A stretch of 64,000 nt of DNA. It comes from a virus (taxonomy: Duplodnaviria > Caudoviricetes). Made by a program: the position numbers and the translations under genes. The DNA is taken from the IMG/VR virus record IMGVR_UViG_3300025809_001850. One strand, given 5' to 3'. Below the pieces are notes generated by a model, which worked only from the letters and a program-made list of their open reading frames with translations, was not told where the DNA came from and ran no database searches. Below are positions 39,499 to 47,582 of this stretch, piece after piece. Within the stretch, counting starts at the first letter, position 1, and every line of letters begins with the position of its first letter.

Positions 39499-39857
39499 GT
39501 AATTTAACTGGAATCATGGTTGGAAGTGACTTTTATTCGTATAAAGAATTAAAGCAATTGATAATTGACTTTCCTATTCAAGTAAACGGATGGATTTGTG
39601 ATGTAAATAAAACTCATATGTATTTGTATTACGAAAAAGCATTTGGATTGAGCGATCCACTTTTAACTTTACGTGATCCGTGGAATCGTAGCATTCGTCC
39701 TTGGACTTATTATACAGATGACAATCCCACAATTTGGCAAAGTCGCAAAGCAGAACATCCAAGTCGTAATGCTATGTTTATGCCAACTGCTCCAAAAAAA
39801 GCAAGTCATTATGCGTACACAAGCATAAACAACAAATGGATATTTTTGTATGTTTGA
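39495..39857 (+). CDS. DPW-family paralogue 13
   Basis: DFPIQVNGW / DPWNRSIRPW / YAYTSINNKWIFLY. Confidence 0.75.
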   Translation: MSNLTGIMVGSDFYSYKELKQLIIDFPIQVNGWICDVNKTHMYLYYEKAFGLSDPLLTLRDPWNRSIRPWTYYTDDNPTIWQSRKAEHPSRNAMFMPTAPKKASHYAYTSINNKWIFLYV

Positions 39858-40152
39858 TTTAACAGAAATTGAAGAACGCATTGAACAATCAGAAAAAACG
39901 TTGATTGCGATTACTGATAAAATAAAAGATATGCGAAGTGACTTTGAAGAAATATATTCAGAACTTGAAAATAAAGAGGATGCATATTTTGAAGAACATC
40001 CGAAAGAACGAAAAGCATTAAATGAAAAAATTCGTAAAAGAATGTCGGTGTATGATTTATTAAAAGAAACTGCTGAGAATATTCGCACCAAGACATTTGA
40101 AGATATGCGATTAGTATTTGATGAACTTCAGAAAAACAAATATTACGAGTAA
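39850..40152 (+). CDS. Coiled-coil hypothetical protein
   Basis: Charged heptads, 100 aa. Confidence 0.55.
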   Translation: MFDLTEIEERIEQSEKTLIAITDKIKDMRSDFEEIYSELENKEDAYFEEHPKERKALNEKIRKRMSVYDLLKETAENIRTKTFEDMRLVFDELQKNKYYE

Positions 40153-40181
40153 GAAAATTATAAAAAAGAAGCATTTAGGTG

Positions 40182-40228
40182 TTGACTTATTATAATAGTT
40201 GTGGTAAGATTACTGTATTGAAAGTGAG
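40182..40228 (+). promoter_or_regulatory. Early promoter/leader cassette variant
   Basis: TTGACT-17-TAAGAT-TACTGTATTGAAAGTGAG. Confidence 0.8.
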
Positions 40229-40247
40229 AAACGAGAATTTAAAAAAT

Positions 40248-42887
40248 ATGAAAAATATAAGTGATATTACCGGGTATGATTACAATGATAAAGATGGATT
40301 TTTCCCCATATCGAATTCAACAGCTACACCAAACAACCGAACGATTCTTAAAAATGCAAGTGATCGTAAAATCAGTAATGCTATGAATCCTTCACTTAAG
40401 CATCGTTGGGATGCCAAGAAAAAAAGACAGGTTAGAGAAATTTCAGACAAAATTAGTGCAGAAGACATTAAAAAGCAAAAACTCAAGAACGAGTTTGAGT
40501 CTGCCAACTCTGCTATTTCACATAAGCAACTTGAAAAGAAACTCAAAAAGGAATCCAAGAAGAAATCCAAGCATCTTAGAAATATGATGCTGGAACCTTT
40601 CAAGGCAAAAGTTGCGGAAATCGCAAATACTATTGAAAGTCGTAGAATCGCAATGATGTATATAATAAAGGGTGCAACTAACCAAGGCAAAACTTACACA
40701 TCAGCAAAGTTCGCAGTTCCTTATTTAATGAAGAAGCAAGGTGTAGATGTTGTTTTTTATACTTACCCTCAAAATGAAATCTTCAATAAGAACGAGTGGA
40801 GAACCAAAGGTTACAAGATTATTGCTATTGGTGAAAATGATCAAAGAATTTCAAGTCAGATTGATTCACTTTTAGATGACATTGAAAATGATGTTGATCC
40901 TGTCAAATATGTAATCGCAATGACCAACAAAACTCTTGCGTGTGCTAAAAGTAGCACTAATCGTGAATCGCATGGAAAATACCTTGCCAAAAAACTTCAT
41001 TCACTTGGTAAGAAAATGGCATTCATTCTGGATGAATGTCACACATGGACGATCAGCCACATAGATGCTTACACTGATGTCACGGGTAACACGGGTGTAC
41101 CTCCTCAGTATGATGCTTCATTGTTTAAGTTTGTTGCTTGGTTGTCTAAGTACACTAAATTTCTGTTCGGACTTACCGCAACTCCTAACTTTGAGCAAAC
41201 TGGATTACGAGATACAATTAAAAAAGAAGCAAAACTTGATTACTCAGTAATCAACGAGTTTCCTGAACGTGAGGATTTGCTTCACGGACAAGCATGGTCA
41301 AAGAAGTTTGATTTCATGGACATGAAAAATGAAAATGACATTCAGACTAAAATTAGAAATATCACACGGGAGCATCTATCGGACAATATGACTTTGTCAG
41401 CTGCTGGACTTAAGGGAACAATGTTTATTCAGTCTAACACAGAGAAATCCACGAATAATAAAGCATTTGATGTGATGGACAGAATGAAGACTGTTGTCAA
41501 GGATTTACTCATTACTGACGATACCATTGATGATATTTATGATTATCTTAATCCTGAGACTGCTTCATTTGCGATTATATCTTCACATGATGACTGGCAA
41601 GGAGTATATTCCCTTGGGTCAGCATCCCGTCCGTACGACAGATTGGGTGGTTATCTCACCGAAACAGAAATCTACAAAAGGTTGGGTAATCCCAACGACC
41701 CACTTACTTTTTTAATTGCAGTTCAAAAAGGAAAAATGGGATTAAGTGTACACTCGTTCAGAAGTCTTATTTCCTTCAAAAATACCGAAAAGAAAGGCAA
41801 AGACGATGATAACAATTCTATCATAGTAACAACTATGCACGTTCAAACACTTGGACGTATGCCAAGATTGTATGTCCGACCGGACAACAAGAACTATGTA
41901 AAAGAATTCGGATATTCCACATTTGAGTATATAGCAAGAGCAAATGAATCAGAACTTAGTATATTGAAACTCAGTAATTCATATAATGTCCTCGTTGCCG
42001 ACTCGCAGACTTGGAGAGAATCTGTTGCCTGCTTCAACAAGCACTATGGTACTTCTCTTGAAATGGCAGAAAAGGAAATCGATAAAGTTCGTGCTGAATA
42101 CCCAAAGGCAAATCAAATTCCGGTCAATCATAACCTCCCAATAAACGGTGGTATTGTTTCAAACAAAAACGGATTTATTCTTGAAGCAAAGGTATGTCAG
42201 GCACTTATTTTTCAGGTGGAAGAACTCAATGAAAAACTTGGATTAACGGGTAACGATATATACAGAGTTCATTATTTCAAGTACAAGAAACTTCTTCCTT
42301 TGATTGATTCTAAGTATCACTATCTGATTGCGTCCTACCCAACCGATAAAACACCCGGTGGTCACAGAAAAATTCTTTCCAATAAAAATGAAGGTGGTGA
42401 GTATTCTATTGATTTAGATGCTTATATTGCTACACAGAATGATCCATTTGATATAGCAATCGGGTTCACAATTAAGAATGCAACCAAAGATCAAAACGGA
42501 GACGGACTATTAAATGGACTGACAGCAATGGAAGTTGATCTTGGGTTCCCTGGAATCGCAATAGTAAATCTTTATAGTGTAGATGAAAAAAAAACCCAAA
42601 AAAAGTCAAATACCTTTGCAAACAAGAAATCATCAAACACCTACGATAAATTTAAGTTTAATCAACACAAGTATAAGAACTCATTGGAAAGTGAAAACTT
42701 CAAGATCTTTGGTTTGAATGATCGGTCCGACTACGAGAAAATCAATTCAGATTTTCGTGACATGATCGGATATTACTATGATGAAGGAAGTGCTGAAATT
42801 GACCGACTTGTTACGAACCACCACACGGAACTCAAAGAAATACCCACCAAAATACCACGAAGAGGTGTGGATTTAATCTTCAGTTAG
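40248..42887 (+). CDS. SF2 (DExH, ResIII-like) helicase with putative C-terminal PD-(D/E)XK nuclease
   Basis: GATNQGKT, ILDECH, GLTATP, QKGKMG, QTLGRMPR; C-terminal GFILEAKV..IDLD..GFTIK. Confidence 0.72.
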   Translation: MKNISDITGYDYNDKDGFFPISNSTATPNNRTILKNASDRKISNAMNPSLKHRWDAKKKRQVREISDKISAEDIKKQKLKNEFESANSAISHKQLEKKLKKESKKKSKHLRNMMLEPFKAKVAEIANTIESRRIAMMYIIKGATNQGKTYTSAKFAVPYLMKKQGVDVVFYTYPQNEIFNKNEWRTKGYKIIAIGENDQRISSQIDSLLDDIENDVDPVKYVIAMTNKTLACAKSSTNRESHGKYLAKKLHSLGKKMAFILDECHTWTISHIDAYTDVTGNTGVPPQYDASLFKFVAWLSKYTKFLFGLTATPNFEQTGLRDTIKKEAKLDYSVINEFPEREDLLHGQAWSKKFDFMDMKNENDIQTKIRNITREHLSDNMTLSAAGLKGTMFIQSNTEKSTNNKAFDVMDRMKTVVKDLLITDDTIDDIYDYLNPETASFAIISSHDDWQGVYSLGSASRPYDRLGGYLTETEIYKRLGNPNDPLTFLIAVQKGKMGLSVHSFRSLISFKNTEKKGKDDDNNSIIVTTMHVQTLGRMPRLYVRPDNKNYVKEFGYSTFEYIARANESELSILKLSNSYNVLVADSQTWRESVACFNKHYGTSLEMAEKEIDKVRAEYPKANQIPVNHNLPINGGIVSNKNGFILEAKVCQALIFQVEELNEKLGLTGNDIYRVHYFKYKKLLPLIDSKYHYLIASYPTDKTPGGHRKILSNKNEGGEYSIDLDAYIATQNDPFDIAIGFTIKNATKDQNGDGLLNGLTAMEVDLGFPGIAIVNLYSVDEKKTQKKSNTFANKKSSNTYDKFKFNQHKYKNSLESENFKIFGLNDRSDYEKINSDFRDMIGYYYDEGSAEIDRLVTNHHTELKEIPTKIPRRGVDLIFS

Positions 42888-43777
42888 TGCTTGATATCAA
42901 TCAATCCATTTTCATTGTAAACAACAAACGGCATTGCATTGGTAGTATGAGCAACACCATAATTACCTTTAGAATCAATTCCAATGTACCCATAAAAATG
43001 TTTTCGTTGTTTTGCTTCTACAAAAGTTTTGTTGAATGCTTCTTTCAAAGACATTCCATCACGAATTCTCGTTTCTGTTTTTGAAGCAACTGCATCGTTG
43101 GTAATTTGTTCTCCGATACCTGTGACGGTAACAGCTGCAAACTTACTTGCATAATTTCCTGCGATTGTCCCAGAATCCGAAACTCTTCCTGGCATTTCAT
43201 TTCCGATACCACCGGTTGATGATCCACTTGCTAATTGTCCTTTGCTATCAATGACCACACAACCAACTGTATCATGTTCTGCCGTAGATGGGTAGTTTTG
43301 TTTGTGAAGATTACTTAACCACCTTTTAGATTTATCCTCGGTCAAATTAGAAGCAACGGGTAACTTCATTTCTCTTGCAAGTAATTCAGCACCTGGTGAA
43401 GCAAGAACCTTGGCATTTCTATTTTGAAGTTTTTCCGCAAGTTTACTTGGATTGCTGATGTAAGGAACAGATACAACTCCACTGAAGTTTTGTTTGTGTC
43501 CATTCATTATACTTGAAGTTAATCGTGGAACACCATCAGATTGTAATGCACTTCCGATACCTGCGTTGAATTGTTCATCATTTTCAAGCATTTCAAGACA
43601 TTGAACTACAACCTTAATTGCCGATTTGCCAGACTTTAAATTGGACATACATATATCCGCCATATTTTCTATTGATGCAATTGCTGATTTTAAAGCATTT
43701 CCTTTTGGATCAATCGGACTTGCTCCTCCGTGAATAATGATTAAAGGTAATTGTTCTTTTCCGTAAAATTGATTCAC
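42884..43777 (-). CDS. Isoaspartyl peptidase/L-asparaginase (Ntn hydrolase)
   Basis: IIIHGGA, LENDEQFNAGIGS, HDTVGCV (nucleophile Thr), STGG, GRVSDS, TGIGE. Confidence 0.92.
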   Translation of the reverse strand: MNQFYGKEQLPLIIIHGGASPIDPKGNALKSAIASIENMADICMSNLKSGKSAIKVVVQCLEMLENDEQFNAGIGSALQSDGVPRLTSSIMNGHKQNFSGVVSVPYISNPSKLAEKLQNRNAKVLASPGAELLAREMKLPVASNLTEDKSKRWLSNLHKQNYPSTAEHDTVGCVVIDSKGQLASGSSTGGIGNEMPGRVSDSGTIAGNYASKFAAVTVTGIGEQITNDAVASKTETRIRDGMSLKEAFNKTFVEAKQRKHFYGYIGIDSKGNYGVAHTTNAMPFVVYNENGLIDIKH

Positions 43778-43861
43778 ATAATATAAGTATTTAATTATAT
43801 TTATATAAACGCAAACTGAGTATTCTAAACAAAATTAGGACATACAATCGAGAAACAATAA

Positions 43862-46738
43862 ATGAGTGAAATTAAAGTAGGAGATTTTTATAATTCAGAT
43901 GGCGAGATCACGCAAGAGGATATTCAGTATTTTTTACACGGACTGAAGACTACACTCTTTTCGGAGGCAAACACTACAGAATTTGAAAAATCAAATATAA
44001 CACACAAAGAAAACTTTCGTGGTCCTGGATTTTATGAAGTTCTTAAACTTACATTAATTTCGGGTTCAGAAGTTCCAGATCCAACATTCTACACAGAATT
44101 AACAAGCAACAATACAATAACTTGGACTTGGACTAAAATCGATGGAGCAGTAAAATATTTAATTAAAATAAATGAAGAATCTAAAAATCCAGTAACTACA
44201 GAAGAATATACTATTAGTAATTTAACTGATGGTTCATACAAAATAAGTGTCGCAAGTGAAAATAATGCAGGTATAATTAGCAATTATGGTACACATAAGG
44301 TAGAAGTTGATTCTACTGCTCCTGATGTTCCTGCTCCATCACCGACAACAACAACAACTAATACAACTCCAAACTGGATATGGAAACGTGTAACTGATGC
44401 AGTTAACTATGAGGTTAACCTAAATGGAGAAAGCAAAGGTTCTCAAACCGGAAACAGTTATACTGCACCCACTTTGCAAAATGGAGAATACACAATTTCT
44501 GTGATTGCGATTGATGTGGTGGGAAACAGAAGTGTTGCAGGAACTCACACACTAACAATCAATGCAGATGGTGATTCTGAAAATGCTGAGTTTACAATGA
44601 ATACATCAAATGCAACTGATATGCAATATATGTTTAGTGGTTGTTCATCACTCGTTGAGTTAAATGCTACTAATTGGGATACATCAGCAGTTAAAGAAAT
44701 GGATTATATGTTCAATGCTTGTTCATCTTTGACTTTCGTTGATCTTGGAAAATGGGATGTTTCCAACACAACTGGAGGTGATGCAGACGTAAATGGCATG
44801 ACTTATATGTTTAATGGTTGTTTATCGTTAGACAACAATGGAGTAAACTTCTCCAAGTGGTGTGTAAGTCAATACACAGATGAACCAAGAAACTTCCGAA
44901 CAGAAGGTGTTAAGTTTGTAGAAAAACCAGATTGGGGATTTGCTTGTGAAAACAAAACCCCTGGTCCTATTTCTTCTCCTCCGTATGATTACATTGAATT
45001 AAAATACGATAGAGATATTGCACATTTAATCACGGCAGCGTACACAAGTAAGCAAAGAATTTACTTGCCATTCACCGACTATGGAACGGGAACAACGATT
45101 GAATGGGCAGATGGAAATGTAACATACAAAGAAGGAGTAATTGCATCTACTAATACAACAAACGATTCAGATACTACTATACTCACTTCGAAATACACTA
45201 CAGGTTCAACTATTACTATAAAAGTATATGGAGATGTCAAAAAATTCCTTGGAGCAACTGGTCCACATAATTCATATTGGCGATCCAATATGATTTGGCA
45301 TTCAAATACTGCGTTGAAAAGTGTAAAAATTGTGGGAATGTCAAGTATCATCCACTGCCAACGTGCGTTTGCTAATGCAATCAACTTAGAATCAGTTGAT
45401 TTAACTGAGTTTGATTCAAGCAATGTAATTAATATGGATTATATGTTTTACAAATGCAGTAGCATTGAGACACTCGATTTAAGTAACCAAGACGTAAGCA
45501 ACGTAACTAATTTCGGAAATTTCTTTGATGGTTGCTCTGCATTAACTGATCTGAATATAACAACATGGCAAACCACCGAAGCAACCGCAATGAATCATAT
45601 GTTCAGAAATTGTTCAGATTTACCTTATATCGCACCATCATCCGATAACAATCGTGCAACTGCTGAGTTTACATTGAATACATCAAAAGTTGCTGATATG
45701 AATCATATGTTTAGTGGTTGTTCATCACTTGTAAAACTGCATCCAACCAACTGGGATACATCAGCAGTTAAAGAAATGGATTATATGTTCAATGCTTGTT
45801 CATCTTTGACTTTCGTTGATCTTGGAAAATGGGATGTTTCCAACACAACTGGAGGTGATGCAGACGTAAATGGCATGACTTATATGTTTAATGGTTGTTT
45901 ATCGTTAGACAACAATGGAGTAAACTTCTCCAAGTGGTGTGTAAGTCAATACACAGATGAACCAAGAAACTTCCGAACAGAAGGTGTTAAGTTTGTAGAA
46001 AAACCAGATTGGGGATTTGCTTGTGAAAACAAAACCCCTGGTCCTATTTCTTCTCCTCCGTATGATTACATTGAATTAAAATACGATAGAGATATTGCAC
46101 ATTTAATCACGGCAGCGTACACAAGTAAGCAAAGAATTTACTTGCCATTCACCGACTATGGAACGGGAACAACGATTGAATGGGCAGATGGAAATGTAAC
46201 ATACAAAGAAGGAGTAATTGCATCTACTAATACAACAAACGATTCAGATACTACTATACTCACTTCGAAATACACTACAGGTTCAACTATTACTATAAAA
46301 GTATATGGAGATGTCAAAAAATTCCTTGGAGCAACTGGTCCACATAATTCATATTGGCGATCCAATATGATTTGGCATTCAAATACTGCGTTGAAAAGTG
46401 TAAAAATTGTGGGAATGTCAAGTATCATCCACTGCCAACGTGCGTTTGCTAATGCAATCAACTTAGAATCAGTTGATTTAACTGAGTTTGATTCAAGCAA
46501 TGTAACGAATATGAAATATATGTTCTATAATTGCAGTAAAATTGAAACAATGAATTTAACTGGTTTATTTGATGTAAGCAAAGTAACTGATTTCACTAGT
46601 ACATTTTACAATTGCTCTTCATTGACTGATTTGAATATATCAACATGGCAAACCAACGAAGCAATTACTTTTTATAGTATGTTCAGAAATTGTAGTTCAC
46701 TGGAACATATAGCACCAACCGCAGTAACATCTGAATAA
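43862..46738 (+). CDS. Surface/virion protein with Ig/FN3-like domains and BspA/DUF285 leucine-rich repeats
   Basis: Ig-like beta modules (W..V.GA..Y); repeats MxYMFxxCxSLxxLDLxxWDxS; 359-aa internal duplication. Confidence 0.8.
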   Translation: MSEIKVGDFYNSDGEITQEDIQYFLHGLKTTLFSEANTTEFEKSNITHKENFRGPGFYEVLKLTLISGSEVPDPTFYTELTSNNTITWTWTKIDGAVKYLIKINEESKNPVTTEEYTISNLTDGSYKISVASENNAGIISNYGTHKVEVDSTAPDVPAPSPTTTTTNTTPNWIWKRVTDAVNYEVNLNGESKGSQTGNSYTAPTLQNGEYTISVIAIDVVGNRSVAGTHTLTINADGDSENAEFTMNTSNATDMQYMFSGCSSLVELNATNWDTSAVKEMDYMFNACSSLTFVDLGKWDVSNTTGGDADVNGMTYMFNGCLSLDNNGVNFSKWCVSQYTDEPRNFRTEGVKFVEKPDWGFACENKTPGPISSPPYDYIELKYDRDIAHLITAAYTSKQRIYLPFTDYGTGTTIEWADGNVTYKEGVIASTNTTNDSDTTILTSKYTTGSTITIKVYGDVKKFLGATGPHNSYWRSNMIWHSNTALKSVKIVGMSSIIHCQRAFANAINLESVDLTEFDSSNVINMDYMFYKCSSIETLDLSNQDVSNVTNFGNFFDGCSALTDLNITTWQTTEATAMNHMFRNCSDLPYIAPSSDNNRATAEFTLNTSKVADMNHMFSGCSSLVKLHPTNWDTSAVKEMDYMFNACSSLTFVDLGKWDVSNTTGGDADVNGMTYMFNGCLSLDNNGVNFSKWCVSQYTDEPRNFRTEGVKFVEKPDWGFACENKTPGPISSPPYDYIELKYDRDIAHLITAAYTSKQRIYLPFTDYGTGTTIEWADGNVTYKEGVIASTNTTNDSDTTILTSKYTTGSTITIKVYGDVKKFLGATGPHNSYWRSNMIWHSNTALKSVKIVGMSSIIHCQRAFANAINLESVDLTEFDSSNVTNMKYMFYNCSKIETMNLTGLFDVSKVTDFTSTFYNCSSLTDLNISTWQTNEAITFYSMFRNCSSLEHIAPTAVTSE
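44675..46505 (+). repeat. Tandem 1077-bp duplication with apparently identical ~754-bp core (44675-45428 and 45752-46505)
   Basis: Identical antisense ORFs 45079-45423 and 46156-46500; ends match at offset 1077; flanking LRRs diverged. Confidence 0.9.
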
Positions 46739-46788
46739 AGAATGGAAAAAACTTTAATTGGTAAAACCTAACGGGTATATCATTGAAA

Positions 46789-47496
46789 TTAATCCAACCA
46801 ACGAATTGTAAACAACGTTGATTTGGTATTCGTGTAATTAGTATGTGGTAAATTTGGATACCAATAAACAAAATCTCCTTGAGTATTCATTTCGCATCGT
46901 TTATCTTGAAACTGAATTTTAAACTCCCCGTCAGTTAATACGCACATACTTTTCCAATCTTCGTTTATTATTTCATCATTCAATTTTGGTTGACGAATAT
47001 AAGGAACTTCGTGACGAATTGACCATTTGAATTCAAGATTGTCAGAATAAAATTGTGGATGTTTGTTTTGATCAACAAACGGTCCTATAACCCAATTTTT
47101 ATACAGATTCGTGTAATTAGAAACGTTTCCGTATCGTTTACCTTCGTAGTTACTTTTCCAACGCAAAACAATTGCGACACAATCTATGTTGATGTGAAAC
47201 TTAGGATGACGAACAGAATCGTGAACTGCATAATCACCATAATTAGAAAGCAAAATACTTTCTGATTCGTATTTAACAAACATTTCTCCTTTGATTAAAA
47301 ATACTGCTTCGCACCAATCGTAATCTCTTCCAATTTCTGTTTGATTACGAATTTCACCTGCTTTCCAATTACACCATCTAAAATAAACACTATCGGTGTG
47401 TGTTCTGCACATATTATTTTTAAATGGAGCAAGAACCCATCCGTCTTTATCGGCGATAGATGACACATTATTATTTTGAATATCACTATATTTCAT
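46789..47496 (-). CDS. Tandem two-domain cupin-like protein
   Basis: Two repeats of W(V/I)(L/I)xxF..xKW..LxxGxF..L...GD(Y/F)V.W/H..H..(L/I)RW. Confidence 0.6.
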   Translation of the reverse strand: MKYSDIQNNNVSSIADKDGWVLAPFKNNMCRTHTDSVYFRWCNWKAGEIRNQTEIGRDYDWCEAVFLIKGEMFVKYESESILLSNYGDYAVHDSVRHPKFHINIDCVAIVLRWKSNYEGKRYGNVSNYTNLYKNWVIGPFVDQNKHPQFYSDNLEFKWSIRHEVPYIRQPKLNDEIINEDWKSMCVLTDGEFKIQFQDKRCEMNTQGDFVYWYPNLPHTNYTNTKSTLFTIRWLD

Positions 47497-47582
47497 AGAA
47501 TCTCCTATATTATCATTTGTTGTAACGTAAAGTCAATTCAGAATAAGTATTAAACAAAACTGACTAACGAATATTTATATTT

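Noticed and set aside
34927-39857. GATCC(T/G)TGG as a DNA-level repeat or CRISPR-like array
   Set aside because: Synonymous variation and in-frame placement with two other conserved protein blocks indicate a protein motif.
45079-46500. Identical antisense ORFs 45079-45423 and 46156-46500, and other short overlapping or antisense ORFs
   Set aside because: They are shadows of long, motif-bearing sense genes and of the duplication; no independent evidence.
46789-47496. Signal peptidase I
   Set aside because: Similar proteins are sometimes so labelled, but there is no Ser/Lys dyad or TM anchor; the pattern is a duplicated cupin.
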